The position numbers and the translations under genes are program-made. Positions 7,691 through 17,493 of a DNA stretch of 64,000 nt are shown here, piece by piece (position 1 is the stretch's first letter; each line of letters begins with the position of its first letter). This DNA is from Candidatus Latescibacterota bacterium. GTDB lineage: Bacteria; Latescibacterota; UBA2968; UBA8231. The notes under the pieces were generated by a model, which was not told where the DNA came from, did not search any database, and saw only the letters and a program-made list of their open reading frames with translations. The stretch lies in NCBI GenBank assembly GCA_965197905.1, contig CBDAOB010000004.1:672001-736000 (forward strand). The letters run 5' to 3'.

Positions 7691-10380
7691 ATATTGAGTT
7701 GATGACAGACCCGGCGGCCAGAGATTGCCTCGAAGACATCCTGGCGTCTGTGATTTCCTGGTGGGGGCGTCGGTACGAACTGATGTTTGCGTCATCCTGG
7801 AGTTTCGATTTCAAACCGGGCCCAGGCGAGTTGGTGGGCCCCCGCCTTGATGCGGAGATATCCCCTGCCCTGGATCTGTTGGAGACTCACCATGGTATAA
7901 GAGTATCATTTGGAACGAGGCCGGTCGGGACCGACCTGTTTGCACTCGTTTTGAAGGAGATCCGCGGCGGACGTCCTGTCCTTCTCAGCCGAAGCCACCG
8001 CTCCGTGGCTGATCCTGGCTCAATCCCGCAGTTCGTCCTAGTCCTTGGATTTGACTATCTCCGCCAGGTCCTGTTCTATCGAGCCGCGGATGTGCGGGGC
8101 GCAACTACCCGGCAGGAAGGTTCCGTGCATGCCTTGCCACACAAAGAGCTGGGAGATTGGTCCGGTCCACACGCCACCTTTTCTGTCGGTGGCAACGGTG
8201 CAGCCACCTTGGATTGGCGACAGATTCTGCGGGATGCTGCTTTGCGGTTTCACGATCGCGATGGATCCGAGCACCGCTTCGTGATGATGGCGTCGTTTGC
8301 TCGGGAGATCGGCAGCATGGACATCAAAGCCGAGATACATGGGCATCAGAATCGGTATTGGGTGCCGCTTTTCTATAACCTCCGTCGAATTTCCCAGGGC
8401 CGTATTCAATTTGCATCGCTACTAAGGTTTCTCGAAGCACGATTCGATCTGCGGGAGATATCGGAAATATTGAGCGACTTCCAGAATGCGGGTCGCTCAT
8501 GGCAACTGGTTCGCAGTCTGATGATTAAATACTCACTGACTGTCGACGATCGTGCCTTGCTGAATCGAATCTCCACGCGAATTCTCGATATTGCAACAAC
8601 CGAGCAACAGCTAGCCGAAAAACTCATCCTGCTTGTCGACCGCGATAGATCCCGCGTAAGGAGCGATACGGCAAAACCGCCCGCACGTGATGAGCAGGAG
8701 ATGCGCACTGTTTCATCCATTCCCCGCCAGGAGGAAGGTTATGTCGCACCTCGATCGGCAATCGAGATATGCCTCGTGAGGATTTGGGAGCACGTGCTGG
8801 GGATGGAGAAAGTGGGTATTCTGGATAACTTTTTTGAGCTTGGGGGCGACTCACTGCTCGGCTTGAAGATCCTTGCCCAAATGCACAGAGCTGGATTGGA
8901 GATTGACGCTGGACAGATATACCAGCGTCAAACCATCAAGGAATTGGCAGCCGTGACCGGGATGAATACCTGCAGTGATACCGCTCAAGACCCCGAGACC
9001 GGTTCGATGCCCTTTCTTCCTCTACAGTACAAAGGCATTTCGGAGGATGGTCCCAACTACGGACTTGAAGGCGCTGTCAAATTCTACGCTCCGACGGTTC
9101 ACCATCTGACATCCGATCAGCTTGATCAGGTTGCCAATCGGCTGATGGCTCATCACGACGCTCTTCGGCTTCGATTCCCCCGTAATTTCGAGGACCGGCG
9201 CCCGACATTCTGTGAAACCTCGAGCGACTCTAGATGTTGGCAGTGGATCGACCTATCCGACGACCATCATTTGGACAGATCGGACATCCTGGACAGCGCT
9301 CCGGAGAAGGCGCGTTCTGTCATCGATCTGCACACCGGTCCTCTATTCGTGCTGCTGTATTTAAAAACGCCGTCGCACATGAAAAATGTTCTATGCATGT
9401 GCATCCATCACGTCGTTTCCGACGCCATCTCCAATGGAATTCTGGAAGAAGACATTCTGTCCCTTGCAGGTCAGGCAGCGGGGCACAGGAAGTTTCGTTT
9501 ACCTCGCAAGACGACCTCGATTAAGCAATGGTCCCACATGTTGTCCAACTACGCGCGATCTCCCGATACAAGAGAGGTCGACTATTGGAAGTGCAGACCA
9601 TGGGGCAAGATTCGCCCGATCCTGCCGGATCGCTGCGATGAGTCGTCAGTCGATCTTGGGAAGCTAATCACGGCCGATTTGACCGTGGGCGAGCGGATGA
9701 CCCGATCGCTTTTCAGCACCTGCCGGACGCTGAGCATTACCATTCACGAACTCTTGATAACCGGCCTGGCCAGAACCCTCGCCGGCTGGAGCGGATCGGA
9801 TGTGGTTCTCATAGAGCACATACATCACGGCAGAGATCCCGTTTTCGAAGGCACGGATTTGTCGCGAACCGTCGGTTTCTTTTCGCTCGAGGTTCCCGTG
9901 GTCCTGGAGTTGCCCGCGGCCAGCGGTCCCGAGGCCTTGCTCCAGGCAGTTTCCTCACAGATCCGCAACCTGCCGGCAAAAGGCATTGGCTACAGCCTGC
10001 TTCGTTACCTTTCGAAAGAGGAAGATATCGTCCGGTTCCTTGAGTCTATTCCTACCTATCAGGCGCGGTACAACGCCGTGATCGAACCCCATCTGGGCGA
10101 TCAAACGGCGGCTTGCGAAACCGATGGAAGCTGGGACGTCGAGTACTACGAAACTTCGATCTCGCCAGCCCGAATCGGTGCGACGTCATTCACCCTGGAA
10201 AACAAGCCGAGAATGGAGAAGAGGTGTCTCGTTCTGCCTCTCAGATTCGGACAAAAAGGACTCTTCTACAAGGAGACCGTGGCAAGAGTGGTCGACTCCT
10301 ACACGGACTGTCTGGAAAGATTCGCGGGACTTGGCCATGGTTTTCAATCCATGAAACCACGACTCAGAGAATGTGCGTGA
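7657..10380 (+). CDS. NRPS-like protein: BtrH-like N-terminal region + PCP + epimerisation-type condensation domain (no A domain)
   Basis: N-terminal DCLED..W.F..GRPV..LVLGFD plus helical tail resembling BtrH; PCP FFELGGDSL (Ser 8851-8853); HHVVSDAIS, LPRKTTS, HHGRD, DLSRTVGFF, PAKGIGYSLLRY. Confidence 0.75.
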   Translation: MFRSNPKREFLNIELMTDPAARDCLEDILASVISWWGRRYELMFASSWSFDFKPGPGELVGPRLDAEISPALDLLETHHGIRVSFGTRPVGTDLFALVLKEIRGGRPVLLSRSHRSVADPGSIPQFVLVLGFDYLRQVLFYRAADVRGATTRQEGSVHALPHKELGDWSGPHATFSVGGNGAATLDWRQILRDAALRFHDRDGSEHRFVMMASFAREIGSMDIKAEIHGHQNRYWVPLFYNLRRISQGRIQFASLLRFLEARFDLREISEILSDFQNAGRSWQLVRSLMIKYSLTVDDRALLNRISTRILDIATTEQQLAEKLILLVDRDRSRVRSDTAKPPARDEQEMRTVSSIPRQEEGYVAPRSAIEICLVRIWEHVLGMEKVGILDNFFELGGDSLLGLKILAQMHRAGLEIDAGQIYQRQTIKELAAVTGMNTCSDTAQDPETGSMPFLPLQYKGISEDGPNYGLEGAVKFYAPTVHHLTSDQLDQVANRLMAHHDALRLRFPRNFEDRRPTFCETSSDSRCWQWIDLSDDHHLDRSDILDSAPEKARSVIDLHTGPLFVLLYLKTPSHMKNVLCMCIHHVVSDAISNGILEEDILSLAGQAAGHRKFRLPRKTTSIKQWSHMLSNYARSPDTREVDYWKCRPWGKIRPILPDRCDESSVDLGKLITADLTVGERMTRSLFSTCRTLSITIHELLITGLARTLAGWSGSDVVLIEHIHHGRDPVFEGTDLSRTVGFFSLEVPVVLELPAASGPEALLQAVSSQIRNLPAKGIGYSLLRYLSKEEDIVRFLESIPTYQARYNAVIEPHLGDQTAACETDGSWDVEYYETSISPARIGATSFTLENKPRMEKRCLVLPLRFGQKGLFYKETVARVVDSYTDCLERFAGLGHGFQSMKPRLRECA

Positions 10381-10392
10381 TCTTGCCGCCGC

Positions 10393-11247
10393 TCAGTCGA
10401 GGTTGGGGAGCGTCGGATTTATGGGTCTCACAGCCCTGTGATCAACCCGTACCGGGTCGGCCATCGCCTTGAACTCCTTGCAGAATGCCACCAGGTGTCC
10501 TGCGGCGGCATCCAGCATGGCCTTGCCTTTCTCGGCGGTAGCCAGGGTTGGCGCGCCGGATACCCCGTTCGGGGTACTGCTGCTGGTCCACTTGATCATT
10601 TTGATCGGACCCCAGCCTTTGGCCAGGTCCACATAGAGGTACTTGGACCCGTCTTCACCAGCAGCCCCACCGTAGTGATCCTCCGCTTTATCCATCTGCA
10701 CACGCTCCGGCGCAATGTGCAAGTATACCGAGGTCTCGAGTTCGCAAGCGTGCGCTGCGCCGCCCATCCCCGAATCGCGAACGGCTTCGAACTCCTCGGC
10801 AACCAGGTTGGTCCACATGGTGGAAGCGACCATCGCCTCGGTCTCCAGGGTGGCGCGGCGGGCGATGAACTCACACAGATGTTCGTTCGAGCCGTGGCCG
10901 TCGACGATCATGATCCGCCTGAAGCCGGCGTAAGCGACGCTCTTGCAGACATCGAGGCAGTATTCGATGAAATGCTCGTAGGTGACGTGTACGGTGCCGG
11001 GAAAGTCCTGGCCATGCTCGTTGTAGCCGTACGGAATATTCGGCATGACGAGAAGGTTCCTTGGGTCGCGGCGTGCAGCTTCGAGCGAAACCTCGGTCGC
11101 CAGCAGGTTGTCGGTGTCTAGAGGCAGATGATGGCCGTGTTGTTCGGTGCTGCCTATGGGCAGCAGGATCACCTTCTCGGCCTCAGTGGCTTCATTGATC
11201 TCGGGCCAGGTGAGATGTTCGTAGTGGATTTTGTTTAGTGCGCTCAT
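10393..11247 (-). CDS. Creatininase / creatinine amidohydrolase family protein
   Basis: LPIGSTEQHGHHLPLDTD, DGHGSN, HACELETS motifs; start taken at MSALN. Confidence 0.9.
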   Translation of the reverse strand: MSALNKIHYEHLTWPEINEATEAEKVILLPIGSTEQHGHHLPLDTDNLLATEVSLEAARRDPRNLLVMPNIPYGYNEHGQDFPGTVHVTYEHFIEYCLDVCKSVAYAGFRRIMIVDGHGSNEHLCEFIARRATLETEAMVASTMWTNLVAEEFEAVRDSGMGGAAHACELETSVYLHIAPERVQMDKAEDHYGGAAGEDGSKYLYVDLAKGWGPIKMIKWTSSSTPNGVSGAPTLATAEKGKAMLDAAAGHLVAFCKEFKAMADPVRVDHRAVRPINPTLPNLD

Positions 11248-11315
11248 AGTGAGACAACACCGTCGTCCAAGAATGTCGCAGTGATGTATTTCAAACAATC
11301 GGGGAAATCAGCAGG

Positions 11316-12287
11316 CTATTCCTCCCAGACACCCATCTTCGAATACTTCTCGACCCGCTGCCGCACAAGCTCGTTCGCGGAGATCGGACGCAGCTCGGCA
11401 AGCGCCTCCTGGATGAGACGCTTCACGTTGCCGGCAGCCTCGTCGTAGTTGCGGTGGGCGCCACCGAACGGCTCGGGCACGATCCGGTCTATGATGCCCT
11501 GGTCCTTCAGGTCGGGAGCAGTCAGTTTCAGCGCATCCGCCGCTTCTTCTTTGCGGTCCCGTGTCTTAAACAGGATCGTGGAGCAGCCCTCGGGGGCGAT
11601 GACACAGTACCAGGAATTCTCCATCATTAGGATGCGGTCACCGACGGCCATTCCCAATGCCCCGCCACTGGCCCCCTGACCGATGATCGCCACGATGATC
11701 GGCACCGGCAGGTGGGACATCTCGAAGAGGTTCCGCGCGATCGCTTCTGCCTGACCGCGTTCTTCCGCTTCGATCCCGGGGTAGGCACCCGAGGTATCTA
11801 TCAAGTTGATGAGGGGGCGTTTGAACTTCGCCGCCATCTGCATCAGACGTAACGCTTTGCGGTAGCCTTCGGGATGCGGCATGCCGAAATTTCGAAACTG
11901 CCGCTCCTCGGCGGTGCGACCGCCCTGCATGCCGATGACCATCACCGGTTCTCCCTCGAGGCGCGCCGGACCGCCTACCACGGCGTGGTCGTCGCCGAAC
12001 GCCCGGTCGCCGTGGAGCTCGGTGAAGTCGGTGAAGATTCGTTCCATATAGTCGAGGCTGTACGGCCGCTGCGGATGCCGCGAGATCTGCACCCGTTGCC
12101 AGGGGGAAAGATCGGTGTAGACCTCCTGGCGCATGTGCTCGACCTTCTCTTCCAGGCCCTTCATCTCCGCGCTCAGGTCGAGCCCGTCCACCTTTGACGT
12201 CTGCTTTTGGATGTCGGCGATCTTCTCTTCCAGCTCGACGATCGGCCGCTCGAAATCCAGGTAAAATGCGTCGTTGTTTTCGCTCAT
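11316..12287 (-). CDS. accA: Acetyl-CoA carboxylase carboxyltransferase alpha subunit
   Basis: LDFERPI, RHPQRP, ELHGDR, FGMPHPEGYRKA, EERGQAEAIA. Confidence 0.97.
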   Translation of the reverse strand: MSENNDAFYLDFERPIVELEEKIADIQKQTSKVDGLDLSAEMKGLEEKVEHMRQEVYTDLSPWQRVQISRHPQRPYSLDYMERIFTDFTELHGDRAFGDDHAVVGGPARLEGEPVMVIGMQGGRTAEERQFRNFGMPHPEGYRKALRLMQMAAKFKRPLINLIDTSGAYPGIEAEERGQAEAIARNLFEMSHLPVPIIVAIIGQGASGGALGMAVGDRILMMENSWYCVIAPEGCSTILFKTRDRKEEAADALKLTAPDLKDQGIIDRIVPEPFGGAHRNYDEAAGNVKRLIQEALAELRPISANELVRQRVEKYSKMGVWEE

Positions 12288-12352
12288 AACTCGGTCTCGG
12301 GTGTTTTACTGCCTGATCTTATATATAGACACCGGATCCTGAATCCTGTTCG

Positions 12353-13570
12353 CTAACTAAGGCGCCCCAGTGCCTCAGCCATGCGATCCATGCCTTCCGC
12401 CAAGATTTCCATGGAGGTAGCGTAGGAGATGCGGATATGTTCCCGAGTGCCGAAGCCGGCGCCGGGGACGCAGGCAATGCGCCCCTCCTCCAGCAGATAC
12501 TCGCACAGGCTCATGGAGTCACCCACCTTCCAATCACCGCAGGAGCGACCGAAATGACCGGAAAGATCGGGATACACGTAGAAAGCGCCCGCAGGCGTCG
12601 GGCAGTCGACGTCAGGCATATCATTCAAACGCCCCACGACGAACCTCCTGCGTTCGTCGAACGCCTGCAGCATTTCGGCGAGGAAGTCCTGCGGACCGTT
12701 GAGAGCTTCCACCGCGGCCCGTTGGGTGATAGATGAGATCTGCGTCAGCTCCTGACTTTGCACCTTGTTCATCCCGGCAATGATCGGCGCCGCCGCGGCT
12801 GCATACCCTACCCGCCAGCCGGTCATGGCGTGGGATTTGGACAACCCGTTCACCACGATGGTCAGATCTTTCATGTCGTTACTGATGGAGGCGATGGAGT
12901 GATGCTCGGCGCCGTCGTAGACCATCTTCTCGTAGATCTCGTCGCTGATAACGTAGATAACGTGTTCCACCAGTACCGCAGCCAGCGCGGCCAGCTCCTC
13001 TCGGGTATAGACCGCACCGGATGGATTGGATGGAGTACAAAGAAAAAGCAGCTTGGTATTGGGAGTGATCGCCTTGCGCAGTTCCTCGGGCGTCAGCTTC
13101 AGACCATTTTCCGCGTCGGTTTCCACCACCTTGGGAATCGCGCCCACGACTTTGGGCTGCTCGAGGTAACTCACCCAGTATGGAGTTGGAACGATGACCT
13201 CGTCGTCCGGGTTGAGCATGCTCAACAGCGCCACAAAGATCGTGTTCTTTGCCCCGTTGTTGACCGTGATCTGCTGTGGCGCGTAGTCCAGCTCGTTGTC
13301 CTCCTTGAGCTTGCGCGCGATCGCCTCTTTCAGGGGCAGGATCCCCGATCCGGGGGAATCGTATTTGGTGAACCCTTCCTCGATGGCCCGAATCCCCGCC
13401 GCTTTGATGTTGGCCGGCGTATCGAAATCCGGCTCCCCCGCCGCCAGCGCTATCAAATCGATTCCCTCCCGCTTCATCGCCGCCGCGCGAGCGGAGATCG
13501 ACATGGTGATCGATTCCTGCATCTGCTGCACGTTGCGAGACTGGGGAAGGCGGCTTGATCGAACAGTCAT
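12353..13570 (-). CDS. aspC: Aspartate aminotransferase (class I/II PLP)
   Basis: GEPDFDTP, PSNPSG, SDEIYE, SKSHAMTGWRVGY. Confidence 0.9.
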   Translation of the reverse strand: MTVRSSRLPQSRNVQQMQESITMSISARAAAMKREGIDLIALAAGEPDFDTPANIKAAGIRAIEEGFTKYDSPGSGILPLKEAIARKLKEDNELDYAPQQITVNNGAKNTIFVALLSMLNPDDEVIVPTPYWVSYLEQPKVVGAIPKVVETDAENGLKLTPEELRKAITPNTKLLFLCTPSNPSGAVYTREELAALAAVLVEHVIYVISDEIYEKMVYDGAEHHSIASISNDMKDLTIVVNGLSKSHAMTGWRVGYAAAAAPIIAGMNKVQSQELTQISSITQRAAVEALNGPQDFLAEMLQAFDERRRFVVGRLNDMPDVDCPTPAGAFYVYPDLSGHFGRSCGDWKVGDSMSLCEYLLEEGRIACVPGAGFGTREHIRISYATSMEILAEGMDRMAEALGRLS

Positions 13571-14772
13571 GTGGTGTACTCAGCGTTGATGCGCACGTAG
13601 TCGTAGCTGAAATCGCAGGTGTAGATCTCCGCTTCACTCGCGCCGCGACCCAACTCAATTTCGATCGGGATGTCCGATTCTCCCATCGCTTCGATCAGTG
13701 CCTCCTTGTCGAACTCGATGCCGGCGCCGGCGCCGTAGATCGGCACACCGCACAGGTCCACCCGCACCCGATCGGGGTCGATCTCCACCCCGGAGTACCC
13801 AACCGCACATAGAATGCGGCCCCAGTTTGGATCGCGACCGAATACTGCCGTTTTCACCAGGTTTGAATTGGCCACCGCCAGACCCACCTGACGCGCCTCT
13901 ATCTCACTTTTAGCCTGGCGCACTCCGATGGTGACCAATTTGGTGGCCCCCTCACCGTCGCGGGCGACAGCACGGGCAAGCTGCCGACAAACGGTCTCGA
14001 ACGCCCCGGTGAACTGCTCCAACTCGGAGGCATTGGCCGCGGCAACCTCGACCCGGCTGGCTCCGTTAGCCATGGCGATCAGCGTATCGTTGGTGCTCAT
14101 ATCTCCGTCCACGGTGATGCCGTTGAAGGAACGGTTCACCGCGCCCACCAGCAACTTCTGGAGAAGCCCGGAATCGATCGCCGCGTCGGTGTTCACCAGT
14201 GCAATCATGGTAGCCATGTTAGGAGCGATCATGCCGGCCCCTTTGGACATGCCCCCGATGCGCACCGGTTTGCCGCTAAGCTCCAGTTCGACGGCGCAGT
14301 GTTTGGGCACCGTGTCGGTAGTCATGATCGCTTCCGCCGCATCGACGCCGCCGGATTCCGAGAGTGTCTCGGCCACTTTGGGAATGCCCGTTGCAATCGC
14401 CGACATTGGCAGCGGCACTCCGATAACGCCGGTGGAGCAGACCAGAACCTGCTCGGGCTCGATACCGAGAGCTGACGCGGTGTCGGCGCACATCGCCTCG
14501 GCATCCTCGCGACCTCGATCGCCGGTACAGGCGTTGGCATTTCCGCTGTTCACGATCAACGCCTGGGCACGGCCGTCATTAAGGTGATGCCGGTCGACGG
14601 CGATCGGCGCCGCCTGCACCCGGTTGGTGGTATAGACCGCGGCGGCCTGGGTTTCGGACGGCGAATAGACCAGGGCCAGATCCTTCACGCCGTTGTCCTT
14701 TATGCCGGCGTGGATGCCCGCGGCTTTGTACCCGGCGGGTGAGGTCACGCTGCCATCTGTTAGCTCTTTCAT
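13567..14772 (-). CDS. argJ: Bifunctional ornithine acetyltransferase / N-acetylglutamate synthase
   Basis: NSGNANA, IMTTDT, KGAGMIAPNMATM, DGDMSTND, DGEGATK, DPNWGR. Confidence 0.97.
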   Translation of the reverse strand: MKELTDGSVTSPAGYKAAGIHAGIKDNGVKDLALVYSPSETQAAAVYTTNRVQAAPIAVDRHHLNDGRAQALIVNSGNANACTGDRGREDAEAMCADTASALGIEPEQVLVCSTGVIGVPLPMSAIATGIPKVAETLSESGGVDAAEAIMTTDTVPKHCAVELELSGKPVRIGGMSKGAGMIAPNMATMIALVNTDAAIDSGLLQKLLVGAVNRSFNGITVDGDMSTNDTLIAMANGASRVEVAAANASELEQFTGAFETVCRQLARAVARDGEGATKLVTIGVRQAKSEIEARQVGLAVANSNLVKTAVFGRDPNWGRILCAVGYSGVEIDPDRVRVDLCGVPIYGAGAGIEFDKEALIEAMGESDIPIEIELGRGASEAEIYTCDFSYDYVRINAEYTT

Positions 14773-14782
14773 CGTCTTTTCG

Positions 14783-16381
14783 TCAGGATACTTGCTTCTG
14801 GTGGAGCGCCTCCACCTGTGCCGCATCCCGCATCAGTTTGTAGTGCAGACTGTCTGTCAGGGCGATCCAGCTGGCTTCGATGATATTCTCGGACACCCCC
14901 ACGGTTCCCCAGACCTCGCGGCCGTCGGAAGATTCGATTAGCACCCGCACACGGGCAGCGGTTCCATCGGTGCCGGAAAGCACCCGTACCTTGTAGTCCT
15001 CCAGGTGCACTTGGCGAATGCTTGGAAACTCCTGTTCCAGTGCCTTGCGCAACGCCCGGTCGAGAGCGTTTACCGGCCCTTCCCCTTCGCCGACGGTGTG
15101 GTAGACCCGGTCGCCGACCGCCACCTTTACGATCGCCTCCGAAGCATCCTCGCCGGAGCCGTTCCGATTGATGGTGCGAAAGCTCACCAGCTCGAACAAG
15201 TTCTGGTAGCTTCCCATGGTTCTTCGGGCCAGAAGTTCGAAGGAACCCTCCGCCGCTTCGAACTGGTATCCTTGATTCTCCAGACGTTTCACCGCCCCCA
15301 GGATCTCTACTACCATCGGATCCTTCTTGTTCAACCCTGGGAAGACCCGGTCCAGCTTGGTAACCACAGTGCTGCTGCCCGACTGGTCCGACACGAGAAA
15401 GCGCCGTTCGTTGCCCACCAGCTCGGGGTCGCAATGCTCATAGCAGCGCGGATGTTTGGTCATCGCGTCTATGTGCACGCCTCCCTTGTGGGCGAACGCA
15501 CTTTCCCCGACAAACGGCTGCCGGTGATCGTGATAGACGTTGGCGATCTCGCTCAGGAAGCGGGAGAAGCCCATCAGCTCGGCCAGATGTTCGTCGCCGA
15601 TGGTGGTGCGATTCAGCTTCAACTCCAGGTTGGGGATCACTGTGCACAGATTGGCGTTGCCACATCGTTCTCCCAGTCCGTTGAAGGTCCCTTGGACCTG
15701 TAGCGCTCCCAGCTCCACTGCAGCTATGGTGTGTGCTACCGCCATGCCGGCATCGTTGTGGGTGTGAATGCCGAACGGAATTTCGATCTGCTCGATGGTA
15801 GCGGCGATGATGGCGGAGAGCTCCGAAGGCAGGGTTCCGCCGTTGGTTTCGCACAAAACGAGGATCCGGGCCCCGCCCCTTTGCGCCGCTTTGAGGGTCT
15901 CAATGGCGTACGCCGCGTCGTCTTTATAACCGTCGAAGAAGTGCTCGGCGTCGTACACCACCTCGCGACCGTTGCCGGTCAGAAATCCGACCGAATCCTC
16001 GATCAGATTGAGGTTCTCCTCCCGGGTAGTCCTGAGCGCAGCCTCCACGTGCAGCGTCCAGCTCTTGCCGAACAGGCAGACGGTATCGGTTTCGACCTGG
16101 AGCAGGGTGTTGAGGGTTGCATCCTCTTCGGGGGGCGTGATTGCTCTCCTGGTGCTGCCGAAAGCGGTTACCCGAGCACTCAATCCGAGCTTCTTAACAT
16201 CGCGAAAGAAAGCCAGATCCTTAGGATTGGTCGGATTGGGCCAACCCCCTTCGATGTAATGAACGCCCAGCGCGTCCAACCGGCGGGCGATCAGCAGCTT
16301 GTCCTCACCGGTGAATGCTATGCCTTCCGCCTGGGCACCATCGCGCAGGGTCGAGTCGTAAACTTCTACAAATCCATCCAT
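14783..16381 (-). CDS. cimA: Citramalate synthase
   Basis: DSTLRDGAQ, IEGGWP, YDAEHFFDG, AFAHKGGVH, YQFEAAEGSF, WGTVGVSENII. Confidence 0.93.
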   Translation of the reverse strand: MDGFVEVYDSTLRDGAQAEGIAFTGEDKLLIARRLDALGVHYIEGGWPNPTNPKDLAFFRDVKKLGLSARVTAFGSTRRAITPPEEDATLNTLLQVETDTVCLFGKSWTLHVEAALRTTREENLNLIEDSVGFLTGNGREVVYDAEHFFDGYKDDAAYAIETLKAAQRGGARILVLCETNGGTLPSELSAIIAATIEQIEIPFGIHTHNDAGMAVAHTIAAVELGALQVQGTFNGLGERCGNANLCTVIPNLELKLNRTTIGDEHLAELMGFSRFLSEIANVYHDHRQPFVGESAFAHKGGVHIDAMTKHPRCYEHCDPELVGNERRFLVSDQSGSSTVVTKLDRVFPGLNKKDPMVVEILGAVKRLENQGYQFEAAEGSFELLARRTMGSYQNLFELVSFRTINRNGSGEDASEAIVKVAVGDRVYHTVGEGEGPVNALDRALRKALEQEFPSIRQVHLEDYKVRVLSGTDGTAARVRVLIESSDGREVWGTVGVSENIIEASWIALTDSLHYKLMRDAAQVEALHQKQVS

Positions 16382-16396
16382 GATAACCCGCTGATC

Positions 16397-17455
16397 TCAG
16401 GCGTCTGCGACAGCTTGTGCCACCAGATCGCCCACTTCCGCGGTAGAGTATCCCATCCGTCCAGCGCCCATATCTTTCAGTTTCCCGAGCACCTGGACGA
16501 TCGCATTCTCCATTAAAACTGCCGCCTCGGTCTGGCCCAGGGTATCCAGCATCAGCTGGGCGGCCGCGATCGCCGCCATCGGATTTATCACGCTTTGCCC
16601 GGTGTATTTGGGCGCCGAACCGCCAATCGGCTCGAACATGGATACGCCTTCGGGATTGATATTGCCGCCGGCAGCGATGCCCATGCCGCCTTGAATCATG
16701 GCGCCGAGATCGGTGATGATGTCGCCGAAGATGTTATCGGTGACGATGACGTCGAACCACTCCGGGTTTTTCACCATCCACATACAGATCGCGTCCACGT
16801 GGGCGTAGTCCCGTTTGATATCGGCGTAGTCAGCCTCGCCCACCTCATTGAAGGTGCGCTCCCACAAATCGAAAGCGAAGGTGAGCACGTTGGTCTTGCC
16901 GCACAGGGTCAAAGTCTTGTCCCGATTGCGCCGACGGCAGAAGTCGTAGGCGTAGCGCACACAGCGCTCCACTCCTTTGCGGGTGTTGATCGACTCCTGA
17001 ACCGCGATCTCATCCGGCGTGCCCTTCTTGTGAAAACCGCCGGCACCGGTATAAATGCCTTCCGTGTTCTCGCGCACTACCACGAAATCGATCTCTTCCG
17101 GTCCCTTATCCGCCAGGGGCGTTGGAACGTTCGGGTAGAGTTTGACCGGACGCAGGTTGATGTACTGGTCGAGCTCGAAGCGCAAGTGCAGAAGAATGCC
17201 TTTTTCAAGGATGCCCGGCTTGACGTCGGGATGCCCGATCGCTCCCAGAAGAATGGTGTCGAACTGCCGCAGATCGCCGACGGCGGATTCGGGCAGCACC
17301 TCGTTGGTGCGCAGATACCGATCGCCACCGAAATCGAACTCCTCTGTCTCGTACTTGAATCCCGTCTTTTCCGCCGCGACAGCGAGAACCTTGAGTGCCT
17401 CGGCGATAACCTCGGGGCCGGTGCCGTCACCCGGCAATACCGCGATCTTAGTCAA
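16397..17455 (-). CDS. leuB: 3-isopropylmalate dehydrogenase
   Basis: [32 protein letters not shown]; leu operon context. Confidence 0.95.
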   Translation of the reverse strand: MTKIAVLPGDGTGPEVIAEALKVLAVAAEKTGFKYETEEFDFGGDRYLRTNEVLPESAVGDLRQFDTILLGAIGHPDVKPGILEKGILLHLRFELDQYINLRPVKLYPNVPTPLADKGPEEIDFVVVRENTEGIYTGAGGFHKKGTPDEIAVQESINTRKGVERCVRYAYDFCRRRNRDKTLTLCGKTNVLTFAFDLWERTFNEVGEADYADIKRDYAHVDAICMWMVKNPEWFDVIVTDNIFGDIITDLGAMIQGGMGIAAGGNINPEGVSMFEPIGGSAPKYTGQSVINPMAAIAAAQLMLDTLGQTEAAVLMENAIVQVLGKLKDMGAGRMGYSTAEVGDLVAQAVADA

Positions 17456-17493
17456 TCTTTCCTCCTCAATAATGTCGCGCCTGCAGGCGCTGT

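Noticed and set aside
7657..10380. Calling this a conventional NRPS module
   Set aside because: No adenylation-domain motifs and no thioesterase anywhere in the cluster.
10393..11247. Creatininase-family gene as an MftE-like peptidase of the cluster
   Set aside because: Opposite strand, at the end of the accA housekeeping run; nothing beyond adjacency links it.
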